64,000 bases of DNA from Tubulanus polymorphus (taxonomy: Eukaryota > Animalia > Nemertea): positions 13,300,485 to 13,364,484 of the forward strand of contig NC_134027.1 of NCBI RefSeq assembly GCF_964204645.1, given 5' to 3'. Of this stretch, positions 38,302 through 52,733 are shown piece after piece. The notes under the pieces were generated by a model. It ran no database searches, was not told the DNA's origin, and saw only the letters and a list, made by a program, of their open reading frames with translations. How positions within the stretch are numbered: the stretch's first letter is position 1; each line of letters opens with the position of its first letter. A program made the translations under genes and the position numbers.

Positions 38302-41300
38302 ATGTTTTGTACGGTACTGGTATATAGTTCCTTAACCTTAACAGTAATTCTGCTTACGGTAGGTAAATGATCTTTGTACGGAAATGTTTCTGATAGGCCT
38401 ATACGTAGTTGGTTGAAATTGAATGAAATAAGTATATTTGTTTTTCTGTTGAAGATAAGAAACGGTGAAGGAGGAAATACTAGTGGTAAACTAATAATTG
38501 GAACTAGAAAACATGCTTTGGAAGGTAAAAGCTACATGATCCACTGCTTTGTACGCTGACAATTAATGGAGAACTATATTAAGACAGCAAAAATCATAAA
38601 TTTCAGTCATTCCCGAATTGTGTCTATTTTTTCCGTCTAGTGATGATAATTCCGCACAGAAATTTCCACCAAATTTCAATGCGCGAAAGAAATAAAGCAC
38701 AAGTAGTTGTTGGATTTGATATAATGCCAACTCTAAAACAATCGAACGGAAGACAGAGTTTGAAGAATACGCATCACCGATCAAAGCGGAAGGCCGTTCG
38801 CCTACCAATATATCACTGGCCTAATGGTATAGTGCCGTACAGTTACCACCCGTCTATAGGTAAGAATGCACATCTCATTAGGTAATGACCTAGTAATGAA
38901 GGCTCCTTCAAACCGACCCACTGAAGTCTATAACTACAAATGTATTAGACAGTGAGTCACAAAAGCCCGAGTACACTATTAGAATATTATCTAGATATGG
39001 GCTACTTCATTAGCCACCCAAATCATGGCCTTTCATACTATTGATTACTTAATGCATCATGCATCAATGACATCATCCTGCGTGAGATATTCAATCGCCC
39101 ATGAACGTTGAAATGATGAAATTGATATATAGCTCATGGCGATATAGCTGTGGCCCTCGTGTAATGACCTCATAGGTAAACTGTAGCAGCTAATGCAATT
39201 ACACCAATTAGTTTAATCAGCGAATACACTGATAAAGCGGTATTGCAACGCGATGTAAATCAAGCCAATAGAAAACTGATGGTCGGAACTACAGTGTTTC
39301 GCGATTGTGTGAAAAGTAAGATTAATACGTGAATGGGTGAAATTTCAAAATCGGTAGGGTCGGGCTTCGGGTCGACTTACTAGCAGGGTTGGGCTATGGG
39401 GTGATTTACTAGCAGTGTTGGGCTATGAAGCGATTCAAGGGTCGGATCTGGCTCTCACAGAGAACCTTCGTGTCAGTGATGCATCGCTGTTGTGACTCCT
39501 GATCCACGTTAGCTCGCGACGCAATATAACGGAGCGCCGCGAAGCGGCCAGTCAGGACTGGATAAAGGGCTGGCGATAAGCAGGCGGTGGGATCAGGCTA
39601 TGGGGAAATTCTTTAGACGAAATCATGTGAATTTCTAGTTGGCCTATTCGCTGTTGTTGGTTCATATTTCAAAATTGCCATGAGGAGATGAGGGTCTGGC
39701 TTTCACCGTAAACCGATCGTGTCATCGCTATCGCTACCCATGTCTACACGAACGCTAATTAGTATACGCAACATACGGAGCGCCACAAACCGGTCACTCT
39801 CAGGATTGGGCTAAGATCTGACTATAAGGGGTGGGGTCGGGCTATGAGGAGATTCACTGCTAGGGTCTGGCCACGAGGGGATTTACTGGTAGGGCCTGGC
39901 TATGAGGAGATTCACTGGAAGGGACTGGCTTTGAGGAGAATGAATATATTACTATAGTGTCCACATTCCTTGGTCTGAGGCCGACAATTTAAGCCCTAGG
40001 GTGGGTGCCGGGTAGTTTCGAAGTCTTTTCCAAACATATTTTCCAATCAAGGTGTCGATACGTATGAGGTTAATTCCTCATACGGGAAGCATTAATAAGT
40101 GCGGGAGACATCGACAAGTAATAGAATTGATCGCGAACACCTAAACCTAACGCCAACAGAAATCCTTATATTTCTCATTTTTCACACTCTCATAACATTG
40201 AAACGTGACATTATCGATGTTCAATGAACGACTTTTTATTTGGAGATAGATATAACACATATAGTATCACGTACATGTCCCTCTCCCTCTCCAGGCTCCC
40301 CTTTTCCCTGCCCCTGTCCCTCTACTTCTCCCTCATTGATTTTCAACTACGGCCTCTTCAATCGTCCCGGCTAAAACCACCTGATACTCGAGTGTTGGGT
40401 GTTTAACACTCAGATAATCACCCAAAATATATTGATAACGGCTGTCGGGTCGGTATGGTGTATTCGGTGTTGGGTTGTTTATAGCTTCTTTGATAAGAAC
40501 CTGTGGTTACTTCCAATGTCACCATAAATTCCATGCACCGCAGTCGGTCTTGGGAGTGTAAAGGAGATTTTCAACGCTTTTTAGCCCACTTGGGACTTTA
40601 GTCCCAGCGGACTATTGCGTTCACTTTTCGTCCGTCGTCCGTCCGTAGGCGATATCCAGTTATTTTGGGAAGTGTTGAAAACGCTTCAAGGTAATGTCTT
40701 GATATTTGGTTTACATATGTGTAACCCTCTTGAAATTCTGTTGATTATTTTCATTATCATTATTATAATAAATTTTCCATTTTCCAGCCAAAATTTTTTC
40801 ATAAAATATAACTCCTCTTAGATTCGACCACTAACCGCTTATTAACGTAATTTTCATTTCTGTCAGAAATATAACTCACCTGACCATTTCGAATTTGCGT
40901 ATAGTAATCTATCATGAAATATTTCCGGGTGTAGTTACCGGATCTAAACAGCGACAAGAATAACGCAAAGCATTGTCATCCATTGATAAAAGTACACCCC
41001 GAAAAGCCTGCAAATTACCGGACGACCTCGAGCATCAAACTCAACCGTAAATCGCGGATTCAGACTTACAACTAGTCCGGATCCGTCATTTACCGCGAAC
41101 AATATACAGCCAACATGGTGGATGGTTGAAATGATTTTCAGCTTAAATTTATCGCAAATTTATGGCGAGTTTTAGGACTTTAATGAACTACGATCCCTAT
41201 AATGAATTAATAGATTAATTCGATTAGTAAATCAATTTACGTTGGCTACATTTCCTGGAGATTTCTGGCTCAAATCAAGGTAATATGGACAGAAATGGTA

Positions 41301-44300
41301 GGGATTTTCGTATGGAATTTTACTTCCGCGTTCACTTGACGACTCGGATCAATCACAACGACAGCAGAGTTTATGTAATAATTTAAGGTGAGAATCCATT
41401 AACCAGGGAATGTTAGACATGATTTCTTGGTCAAACTGCAGTTAAGGTCACCTTCCTACTGGGTGGTGCTATGATATGAGTACATATGGTAGCAAATGAG
41501 TACTCGGCAAAGCAACGATCATTGTTGGCTGCCTACTTACCTAATGCCTAGCTTTTTGAGGGATACGCCTAGAATAGATTTAGGCCCTTAATGTAGTGTG
41601 TAGAGCCAGTGGAAAGTGAATTAGTTAGTAAGGGACTGGTTTACACTTATGTATATGACTATTTATTTCGATTACTTTCTTTCCAGCTATTAATCGTGGC
41701 GAACTGGTCAATACGGTCTTCAATTCCTTTGCCGAATCTTGCAGCTGGAGGGAATATATTTAAACCACAGTGTGCAAGTGTACGTTTCAGATTAAGCGTC
41801 TCAGATGCTGTAAGTACTTGATGTTTTGTGTAATTGTTTTTTTCTAATGTCATGTTTAAAATATTTGGATTAGTAATCAGTCGTGCTAGTGTACATGCAG
41901 AATTGGATTCATTGTTATTATGGGATGATAATTCACGGGCATCGAGAGTCCTTCGATATACCCGTGATATGAAGCTTTTAAAGTTTATCAGAGACTTACA
42001 CCGAATAGCCCTTAAAATACCAATTCCACATGCTTAACGGTCGGTGTCTATGCTCTGCGAGACAGTAGTAATAGATGTTTCACGACATGCACGATTTAAA
42101 TTGGTCTCCTAAGATATCTCTTATACTTTCTTTCACTCCTCTATTATATTGCTTAATAACAGGTGGAAAGAGGTCCGATGGCATGAAAATCGACTGTGGC
42201 TGACTAATTGGCACGAGTAGATAAAGCGCTGAGGTTTCAAAAGGTGTAGCAAAAATGCTTGTATCATCAGGGGTAGACGAATTATCCGAAGATAAATGAA
42301 AACTTCACCTTTTGAACTGTGATCGTCAGTTTATTTTGCTGTAATTATTTCGCCTGGATAAATCAACAAACATATCATTCATTTCAAAATCTGTGTTCAC
42401 TAGGATTTCTTTCAATAAAAGGAAAATTTATTTGACTAATTTTTATGTATTCAAGATTGAATTTGAATTGATCTTTGAATTTACAAATCCGTAGACTCAT
42501 AATGAAATTCTGTGAAGTCACTTAAGATCTTTTGCTCGAATTAAATTGAGGGCTCAGGTGCCTAAAATTCAATTTTTCAATGTCCCTGAAATGCTGAGTA
42601 CGATGGAGTTTACACACTGAGAAACGATAGGCTGTGCAAGTGATTTAAGTGAGCAATATAATGACCGCCCTGCCCCGCTGCATCTGAGACATAAACAAGT
42701 TACACTGTATTGCTTTGATGCTTTGAAAAACTGACTTGAAAAGCAAGATGACCTTCCAAATCAAATATAAAATAGTTGTAAAGCGTGTTTCTATGTGTTT
42801 CCTACTAAAGAACATATAATGTAGATGAGTTGAAATTCATTGATGGAATGAAATAATTTTGAATATTACTACATCTATAAACACACATATTTGATGCTTA
42901 ATACAGATTTTCCCGTGGGATTTTCCTTAGTCACTGCACATATACAGGTCTGTAAATAGTAGACTATTTTATTTAAGATATGTCTCTTTCTAATAAAGGT
43001 AAACTAAAATTGTTTCCTTCATTTTTATTGGTCATTTGAATTTGGAAAATCACGAAAAATATACTTTTTCACAGCTTAAATAACTTGGGTATGAGATAAT
43101 GACTACCCTACATGGCCCAAGTTCGAGATGCACAAGCCAGTGCTGCCACGCTGTGGTCAAATAATTATGAACTAAGTTATTTTGAGATGTGATGTTTACC
43201 CGTCTCCATTTTTTGTTCACCAGGGGGTGTTGAATAATACAATATCTTAGTAAGCGCACAGCGAGCGCCGAAGGCGCGAGCTGGAAGCTCCTTAAGTTAA
43301 TCGCGCGTATGAGGCAAATTCAAATTTTCTATTTTTCTCCATACCGTCCTGCTCAAAAAGTGGAGTTTACATCCGGGACAGATGGGCATTGGCTAAATCG
43401 TGGCAACGAAAATGACGGTCACGGACGGATTTTCGTCGAAACTCGCGGGCCGCGTCGCGCAGGTAGTTTAAATACGTGAATGAAGAATAACAAAATGATT
43501 ATGTGTAATTTTCAGAATATTTACAAAGAATATTCACAAAATAATGTCAAAAAATTTTATTTTTAGTTCGTATTCCTCCGTAGAAACCGATTGGATGACT
43601 GGATTCGAATCCCACAAAAAGCACAGTCCCTTAGCAACGGGTCGAATTTTTAGAATAACAAGCGCGCCGGTTTCACAGCATCACTGAGGGTCGAGTCCCG
43701 AAGAATAAGGCGCGCGCGCGGTCCGCGTGTTACAAAAAGACCGTCCCGTTACACACAAGTACTGAATGATTAAATCAAAATTTTGCAAATCCCTGGGAGT
43801 AAAATGCCGTTCGTTTTTTAATATATCTTATCTTTATTTGTCTTTTACTCCCGTTTTTCAAACGTTATTCCCCTTTTCCGTTTCGAGTAAAATTCGTATA
43901 CGCTATAATCCGTATTCAAAATACCGTTGTTCTATTTATTCCGTACCCATGCAACCCGTTGATATACTTAGGAACAAATCTTTAGTGTAAAACATATGAA
44001 TATTGAAGCCATGAGATTTAATGTAGAAATCTGACGTTTTTTAACTACAGAAGAATTTATTTTCGTGTAATCGATAAAACAATAGGCTCTCAATATGTGA
44101 TCAACATTCCCAAACTCCCACGTTGTTTTTCGCAGAAAATGAGTTTTTTCTTTTTTAATCATGGGTCCCTTAATTCGCTCGAAGATCTATCATGGGTGTT
44201 CTTCGGTCACGCCACCGGGTGCCTTCCTTCAGCAAAACCTACATTTTTTACAATGTAGAATTTGGGAACATTTTTGTTGTGTAAAACTTATAAAACTATA

Positions 44301-47300
44301 AAGACGTTCGTAAAACATATCAGATATGTGCATATATAATATCATATAAGATTTATTGTCGTATGAAAGATAAAACAAACAAGGCTTTCAATTTGTAATC
44401 AACACTCCCAAAGCATGTTTTTTCTATACATGAATTTGATCACGGCGAATCTTCGCTCGAATAGATCTTCGACATTTTCGGTGATTTTCTTTGGCCACGG
44501 ACCACACCGAACACAGGTGCCCCCGCAAAACCTATGTTTTTTACAATGTAGAATTCTATATAAGTTGCCGAAAGGGCACTCGCCTCTGGCTGTGCGCTTC
44601 ACCAAGTTTCGACTTTGACATATTATTTCTATATTATAGACGGACGCGGGCGCCGGAGGCGCCCGGAGGACGTCCCTTTGGTAAACGCGTATATGTGGAT
44701 ACTACGAAGTGTCTTCTTAACCGATTCTGACTAGCTGACAAAGTCAGAAAATAATGACGTCACTTGACGTCCGGTTTGAAGTTCATGGGGAAATCGGAAG
44801 TAGTATTACGTCACGCTAAAATCCGGCATTCCACTTACTAAAATACGGTAACTTATGGATCGGGTTATTTGAGAATGTATCTATTTCATGAAATTTCGAA
44901 CAAGATTGGGTCGATGAATAGTTTAACAATGAACCGCGTTGATCGATCGAGTTGAAAATAGCTGAAATTCCCTTAGCAACAGGAGCGAATTAATAATAAA
45001 AAAACGCGGCCGCGGTCCGGTGCCACGCGGTTCGGCGCGCAGGTTCGAATCCCGGAGAATTACGCTCTCGCGCGCGCAGCCGCAGCACTGAAATTACACT
45101 TTTTTAATCAAAAGTAATGACCCTAAAAACTGCGGTGAGAGTCGCGTTAGAGTCGTAAAATTTCTCGGCCAGCGCGGCGGCGGATCGGCACGGCGTAGTC
45201 TCGCTCTCGAGCAGCAGCAACAACATCGCGGTCGGCAAAATCATTAGTCTCCGCCCCTTCTTAACCAAATAAGGAATTCGGAACCGCTGGCCGCGTGCAC
45301 TGCTTATTTGAACCGTATTCCCGGCGGATTAGAAAGAAATGTATATTTTTCGCAAGAGAAATCAATTTTTGTACGGACATTCGCATTTCCTGCTAATTCG
45401 AGTTTTTTCTAGCAGAAAATAATTTTCCGATTTGTGCGTTTCAACGGGTATTCGATTTTTTTCTTTTTAAAGGCAATTAAGAAATGCGTTGTAATCTTCT
45501 CATCTTCCTTTTATTTCCAAATGGAGTTAATTTCTAAATTAACTACCAGGTCAAAATTCTTCAATATTGCAAAACCCCTCTCAGTTTCCACCATAGAAAT
45601 GTCATTGGTTACATTATGGTTTCACAAAGAGTTTTAAACCATTAAAAAATGACACTTTATCTAAATCGAAAGAATAATCTTTTTAGCAGACTGTGGTACC
45701 GAGACCTAATTTATAAGAAATTTTTCAAGTTTTTTTCTCGCAAAAATTAAAATATTAAATTTAATTTGATCTTATAATATAAGATTAAAGAATTATGAGG
45801 TTTGATTCATTTCTGAAATTTGGGCTTATAATATATCAAGCCCAAATTTCAGAAATGAATCAAAACTTACAGTTACAGAGTTACAGTTTCATCTTCTTTC
45901 TTCCCACCCCTTAACTCGAGCATTAATTTTAAATTTTCCAAGTTTTGACAAAGAATTGATTTAATTTCTTCATTAATTCATTGCTTTGGGTTAAACTACA
46001 GTACAATTTCAATACTGCAAAGCAGCGATAACGGGTTTTCTGCACAGTCTTAAAATCCTGTTCAACGGTGGATTTCGACAAAGCATTTGATAAGGTACAA
46101 CATCAGCCATTACTAACTAAACAGGCTATTAGGAAACAGTATCAATGATAGGTCGGCCAAATGGCTCAGCAGTTATCTCTGAACGAAAACTTGTAGCCGA
46201 AATCAACGGAATGTCTCATTTTGGAATAAGTCGGTCTAACTAGTAGAGTCACGCAAGGTAGTACCCTAAGTCGTCTTCTGTTTATTGTCCTGACAAATGA
46301 CATACACTGTAATCCAAAATATACCTGACCGAGTAAATTTCCAAAACGAACTTAACACGCTGTTCGACCAAAAAACTTAATGTTCCGACAAGAAAATCGT
46401 GTTCGAGTGAAACAATTCAGTTTGGTTGAACAATACGCTTTTTTTGAACCAAAACTTTCTTCATTCTGACAAAAAAATGTGTTCGAATGAAAAGCTATGT
46501 TATTGTTGAAATGAAAAACTTTTTGTCCCGGCAAAAAAATTTGGTTGAGCGAAAACAATTTGTTCGAACGAATGTTGTGAATGAAAACAATTCTGTTCGA
46601 TTGAACGAAATACTTAATACTTTTGGTTCGGAGAAAAAACTTTTTACAATATACTTGTTCGAACGAAAAACTTAATGTTCTGACAAGAAAGTTCAAATTA
46701 AAACGATTCTTTTCGATCGAACGATTGTTCGAACGAAAAACCTTTCGTTAGGAAAAAAAGTTTGTTCAACTTTGTTCTAACGATTTTTCAAATTGGTTCA
46801 ATCGAAAAGAATATTATTGGTTGGAACGAAATAAATTTTGTTCCGACGAGAGGATTTTCAAGCGAAAGGTCTTTTGAACGAAAAAAAGATATTTCTGGGG
46901 CTCCGCAGTAACTTAAAGCCGGACGTAGGTCGGCCTTGTGACGCGATGCGATCCTCGCATTGCATCGCAAGTTTCGGTGCAAGTCGGTTGCGATACGATT
47001 GTGTGCAACTAGTTTCTGCCAGTCGCAAGAGCGCGAAGGTCGGTTGTGACAGTCGGGTCGCGTCGCAGAAAGTAGAACACGTGTGACTCCTTGTGACTGG
47101 CGTTGCTGACAGTCGCAACCCGTCGCAAGGGAGCGTAGGTTGATGAGTCGTTGTGACACAATCGTCACTGGCGGTCGCAGTGAATGGCGTCGCAGTGAGT
47201 CACAAGCCCTTTCAAAGCCGACCTACGCCCGCCTTAACTCATTAGGAATTAATGAAATACCAGTTTCATTTATGATGAAAAAACTCAAATGAAAAGTCTG

Positions 47301-48202
47301 GCTTATAAAGCTGTCTGCTCAGACGAAATTTTCAAAAAAAAATCATCATTTTTGCCAATAAAATAGATAATTGTGATTGATCGTTGCAAGTCAGAACCAG
47401 TTAATCACTAATTAACATGCATTTTAATAAATCAGGTTCCTCCTATACAGTGAACTTACTTTAACCTAGTGAGGCTACTAGCCTATGTAGGCCTATGTAT
47501 ATGCGTAGGCCTAACATCCGGACTGATTTGTCGTAGGCCTATTGAATAACAACCCTCCTAAATATCGTAAATTTTGTTTTGAAGTTCAATCCAATGAGTC
47601 CGTTAATAACCGCAACATTTATACTGTGTTTGTTTGAGACATTAAATGTCAGTACCGGTAGGCCTAAAGCCTTAAGGTCGCGTAAAACTTGATAAACACT
47701 TCAAGCGACACAGCAAACGATCTCCTTTCCCCCACAGCGAACGCTTACCCCGAATGTCAAGTGTGAGTCCAACATACGGATAGGAGTGTGTTATATACTT
47801 GTATTTAGTAAATACCTTCCTCCCTCCCTCCATGAAAAAGCATATCGTTTTCCATACATGGCTCTTGTCATGTTGGCTAGATGGAGATAGGACAGTCCCC
47901 GCATACCAGGGCATTGTATCTTCATTAATTCATAATAAACATTGCAACAACTGTGCAAAACACTTTACGTAATTCTCTGGGTAGCATAGCTACTCGGATA
48001 AAGGCATCACGCAAAAAGTAAAATCTTGCTTATGACAGAAACGTTTCTTTAAAATATTTCTAGAATATGCCAACAGAAGAATACCGCATGTTATACGAGC
48101 AGCTATGAATCATTGGGAGAAACATACTTGCATCAAATTTGAAGAACAACGGTACAATATGCCAAGGATAAGGGATAGATTGATTGTAAAGCGCGGAGAA
48201 TG
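38302..48202 (+). CDS. Host astacin-family (M12A) secreted metalloprotease, first four exons; gene probably continues beyond the window
   Basis: Exons 38302-38358, 38455-38485, 38641-38859, 48064-48202, GT-AG with consistent phases. Signal peptide MFCTVLVYSSLTLTVILLT; propeptide GFDIM; furin site RSKR; WPNGIVPY; IRAAMNHWEKHTCIKF. The HExxH exon was not seen. Confidence 0.85.
39350..39935 (+). repeat. Degenerate ~31-bp tandem repeat with a larger internal duplication (astacin intron)
   Basis: Repeats of gggtcKggctatgaggagattcactg; ggatctggct..accttcgtgtca..ggagcgcc at about 39445 recurs near 39692. Confidence 0.6.
40578..40730 (+). mobile_element. 5' part of a HINE-like element, same family as 13912
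   Basis: ttttagcccacttgggactt..gtcccagcgg..ctattgcgttca..(gtcc)n..ccagttattttgggaa aligns with 13912-14040. Confidence 0.75.
43235..45310. repeat. CpG-rich unclassified composite repeat region
   Basis: GNRA-type hairpins gcgccgaaggcgc (about 43265) and gggcgccggaggcgccc (about 44648); duplicated blocks cccttagcaac..gaattt and gcaaaaccta..ttttacaatgtagaatt; several GGTTCGAATCC-like motifs. Confidence 0.45.
46065..46303 (+). mobile_element. CR1/L2-type LINE reverse-transcriptase fragment
   Basis: DFDKAFDKVQH..LLTK, KWLSSYLS, VTQGSTLSRLLFIVLTNDI, with frameshifts. Confidence 0.75.
46304..46910. repeat. Array of gttcgaacgaaaa-like repeats starting with CACTG (possible CMC-type non-autonomous element)
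   Basis: Many ttcga/gaacgaaaa motifs; cactgtaa at the left edge; right end uncertain. Confidence 0.45.
46917..47234. mobile_element. Harbinger-type MITE
   Basis: TAA|agccggacgtaggtcggc ... gccgacctacgcccgcct|TAA; internal gtcgca repeats. Confidence 0.8.
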
Positions 48203-48799
48203 GTGAGCAATGATAATTAGTTTTCTGTTTTTAAATTCATTGATTTTATAACACTGTAATTAGGGTTTCGGGATTTGCAGGGACCCATATTTTTATTTCG
48301 TTTCCTACTACAAATTACTATCGACGCAACACCAATTTCAAAAAGGACTAGATAACGTTCTATTCGAACACCATAGTGTCCTGAAACATTTACTGGTTCT
48401 ATTGCAAAGTTAGTAATTAGTTGTGGATTGTATTCCAAAGTTGTTTTTTTTGCAAAGTTTGTAATGGAAGGTGTACCCATCCACATTCACCCCAAATATA
48501 GGCAAACCCTAACCAACCCTAGACAAGTGTGGCCTAATCACCTACACCCAACGCTGCCTGCCACACACAACCATTCAAAAACATTTCACATACGCCCATA
48601 ATCGCTTTTACCCACCCAACATATCAAACATCGGAATGGCCGATTGGCGGCAATATATGTTTGCAAACATTTTAAATAATTTTATTCTTTCAATGATATC
48701 TCAGAATTTGGTTTTATCAACAAATCTTTAAAAAAAACTTTTAATCTATTAATATTATAATCATATAATCATATGATAACATTATAATCATATGATTTT

Positions 48800-49782
48800 A
48801 ATAATAATTTAATTTCTTCTTTCCGTAATTCTATGTTATATTCTAAATCATCTTTTTCTTTTTCTAAATATGCATTTCTTTTTTTAAATTCAATTTCTTC
48901 AATAACTTTATTATCTCAATCTAATTTTAATTGTTCTATTTCTTTAATTTTATCAGTTCTATCTTTTTCTAAAGTTCTAATTTTAAAATCTCTTATACTT
49001 TTATCATGCGAAATTTTATCAGATGCAAGACTTATACTAATAATTTCTCTAATTGCTTTATCAGAAAATATATTTAAATCTTCTAATTCTTGATCTGTTG
49101 CATCTAGTAACCCATTTGGTAAAAGTTTTTCAATTGGAACTTTATTTGATTTAAGTTTACTAGTTTTGGAAGTTATATTCTGTTCAGAAGTTGTTTCTGG
49201 TTCTAAATTATTATTGATTGTTTCAAATAATTCGTTAATTCTTTGTTTAAATACTCTTTTATTTTGATTTATTTCTGTGTCGGTAACATTTTCTATTTCA
49301 TTACTATTACTTATTCTTTTAATTCTAGATGATTCTAAATTACTCAAAGTTGATTCTGCCAATATTTTGTTTTGATCTTTATAAGTGATATTAATATAAT
49401 AATCATCTTTCAAATGATAGTCATATTCACCATCTAAAGATTTTAATTCTTGTATTAAATATCTGGCACCTCTATCGTTTATATTATATCCAGATTTTTC
49501 AAATATAGGTTAAAAATTATTTATATATTCATTATATTCTAAATTCTGTCTTACTAAATCTGGATTTTCATTTTCAATATTTATTCCCCGTCCCGCTCTT
49601 CTATCAAAATCGCCTGTTGTTATTATATTATCATTAAAACCACTATCTGCTAAATTATTATCATATTCTGGCTCATTACCGTCATTAAAACTTGTTTAAT
49701 TAAAATCAGGCGGTTGTTCTTCAGTTATGCTGGGTTCATCAAAAGTATCTATTCCAATATCTTCTCCAACTTCTACATCCAT
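48800..49782 (-). pseudogene. Polinton-like hypothetical protein (acidic N-terminus, coiled coil)
   Basis: ATG at 49782 (MDVEVGEDIGIDTFDEP..TSFND), continuing into ORF 48916-49413; internal stops. Confidence 0.55.
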
Positions 49783-49804
49783 TAATATGATAAAAAAATT
49801 AAAA

Positions 49805-51195
49805 TTAAAAATAAAATATTCCTCCTATTACAATTCCTATACAAGTAATAGCTAATTTAGCATTTTCATGTGATTTATTATTATTACTTTTAATTATTTC
49901 ATGTTGAATATTATCAGTTTTTATATTTTCTGTAGTATTGTAATCTTTTATTTTAGAATCATTATCCAAACTAATATTTTTAGTTTTAGTTTCTGTTGAT
50001 TGAATATGTTTTTTAATTTTTTCACCTTCCATTTGTTTTGGAGCAGTAATAATCTGTTTATTTATATCATTTAATCCAAACCTGTTATTTATTGTTGCAG
50101 TTTTAATTAGATTATAATAACCAATTATATTTCCCATCTTTAATATTAAATCATCAGAAATAATAAATAAATTAGGTCCTATACAATAATTTAATCTCAC
50201 ATGAGATTTATCTAAATAATTTTGGTACCTGACTATATTTTCTGGAATCGATCTATTTTTATCATTATGAATTGAACCTTCAAATGAAACTTTTAATTGT
50301 TTTTGTGTATCAAATGATGTATTTAAATTTCCAATTATTGGGGATCTTGTTTCAACTTGAGCGCCTAGTATACATATCAAATAAAATCTAATTGATTGAT
50401 TTATTCTTTGTATACCAGCTTTAGTAAATCCTACACTATTTTCTAAAATAAAATAAACCCAACCATTATTATTGTCTTGTTTTAAATTATCATAAAATTT
50501 CGGAAATTTATTGAAATTTAATGTTTCTAAATCCAAAGTTTCTATTTTACCAATATTAATTTACCAAATTTAATTTATGATTATAGATATAAAAACTATT
50601 AGATGGTATGGGAAGTGCACAATGTTCTACAATTTTTTTAGGGCAAGGAAGTGATCTTATTGTTCCAATTTTTGTTCTAAAATCAGAATTATTTATATCT
50701 ATATTAAATTCATTACAACTTTTATAAAACTTTGATAAATTAATATTATTATCTAATTCTTTAAAATACCTAGATCCTGGTAAAGGGGTCTCTAATTCAT
50801 TTAATATTAATCTTATTTGAAAGTATGTATGGAATCTAAATAAACTTTGAATTAATTTATATTTACAATTATTCAATTGATCATTCCAACTTATTCTACA
50901 ACCTGTTGTTGCACAATAAACAGCAAAATTTAATTGGTTCTGCCAATATTTTCATATTAGATTTTAATAACCATTGTTTTTCATCTTTCAATTTTTTAAA
51001 ATTAATTAAATATACATGAAATATATTTTCCATCTTTGCATTAAAATTATTAGTTTCAGTAACATAAATATCTAAATTAATTAATGAATCTAAAACTTCA
51101 TTTTTGTATGAAATATCTTTATAAAAATCTATTGCAGGAATATTATATCTAATTGATTTGTTATATTGAAAAGCTTTTGGAAAACTAATTGCCGT
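49805..51195 (-). pseudogene. Conserved Polinton-like protein of unknown function with C-terminal hydrophobic anchor
   Basis: YWQNQLNFAVYCATTGC, FRFHTYFQIRLIL, GFTKAGIQRINQSIR..CILGAQVETRS, ending AITCIGIVIGGIFYF. Start codon mutated to ACG; frameshifts. Confidence 0.7.
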
Positions 51196-51678
51196 TTATA
51201 TAATAAAAAAATTAATAATTTATTAATTATTTTAACAATTTATCCTGCTCTTGTTAATTCTGCAATTCTTATATTACCATTTAAACTTATTATATAATCT
51301 AGTGTATTTTTTAATTTATTAATTTCTTATATATTAGATTCTATTTTTTCTTTATTACTTTTTATATTCAACTTTGAACTTATTCCGGTTAAAACACTTG
51401 ATGATAATCCTAACACGCCACTTGATATAGCTCAAGGAGTTAATGGACTGAATATTGCTAGAAATGTTATTACAGAACTTATTGTAACTGAACTACTAAT
51501 TATAAAATAATATATAATTTTACTAATTTCTAAATATTTTTTCTTTTTAATTTTCAAATCATTTTCGAATTCTAATATTTGTTTTTCCAAATATAATTTT
51601 AATTTAGTTTTATTTATATCATGCGGAATAATATCAATATTATCAACTTTATCATCAATTTATTTAGAAAAGAAATTA

Positions 51679-52111
51679 CTAATTAGTAAATTTATAAGCA
51701 ACAAATAATACAATAACTGTTCCATCTAAAATCCAAATTATTTCATATTTTTGTTGTTCACTACTTGGTGTATAATAAGCTGATAATTTAGGTTTATAAA
51801 GATGTAATTTTTCTTATATAGATGTAATTTGTTACTGCGTTGTATAAACTCATAGCTTCATCGACTGATTGCATATCTCTATGTGTAATTTTCTGATTAT
51901 TTAATTCTTTATTAATGTAATCCATGTAACTTTGTCTCTTTTCTCTGTAACCTTCTGCAGCTTTATTGTATTTCTCTTATGCTAAGTTATGTCTTCTTTG
52001 TTCTGCTAACGAACTATTTTTATCAATATGCTTAAATAAATACCCACCACCTGTATATGCTAAAGTGTTAACAATTGCCGATCCTATAATAGTTATAATT
52101 GCAGATGCCAT
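51679..52111 (-). pseudogene. Small conserved Polinton-like protein with hydrophobic ends
   Basis: MASAIITIIGSAIVNTLAYTGGGYLF...EQRRHNLA*...PKLSAYYTPS; contains an internal stop. Confidence 0.65.
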
Positions 52112-52112
52112 T

Positions 52113-52358
52113 CTAATTTAGTAAAGAAATTACGCATTTATATAGGAGGAATATATTTTTGTTTTCCAAATAATCAATAATTAAATTAGATAAAGTAACT
52201 GCTAATGTTAATTTTAGAATATCATTGATATCAAATCTATCAACATTAACACTTCCCGTTTTAAATACTTTTTTTAATACCATTGTATAACCAACAGTTC
52301 CAACTGATAGTAAGGCACCATTATATAATCCATTTATTATCCACTTATTATCACTCAT
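52113..52358 (-). CDS. Small hydrophobic Polinton-like protein
   Basis: MSDNKWIINGLYNGALLSVGTVGYTMVLKKVFK..FDINDILKL..DYLENKNI, with a TAAATG start. Confidence 0.65.
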   Translation of the reverse strand: MSDNKWIINGLYNGALLSVGTVGYTMVLKKVFKTGSVNVDRFDINDILKLTLAVTLSNLIIDYLENKNIFLLYKCVISLLN

Positions 52359-52733
52359 TTATTAATCAAAAAAAATACCATCTTCAAAATATTTAGTTAT
52401 CTTATTTATGATTAATTCAACATTTATATTATTATTAGTTTCATTTTCATATATTTCAGTTATTATTTTTTTAATATCATTAATAATAAAATCTTCATCT
52501 AATTCATAAAATCTTAAAGAATCTCTTATTAAATCAGTTATCTTTTCTATATTAAAAGTTTCTTTATTTATTGTTGTTTCATATTCAAATGTTGTTTCAT
52601 TAGTAAATGCAATATTTATGAGTTATTGCATCATTAATATCAAATTTCATTTCTTTCTCACGTTTGAAATCAAATCCAAAACATATACTCGGTCCAACAG
52701 TTATATTCATTTATATAATGCAAAAATTACTCT

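Noticed and set aside
45350-46010. Possible Penelope-like RT fragment on the minus strand
   Set aside because: No diagnostic motif could be read with confidence.
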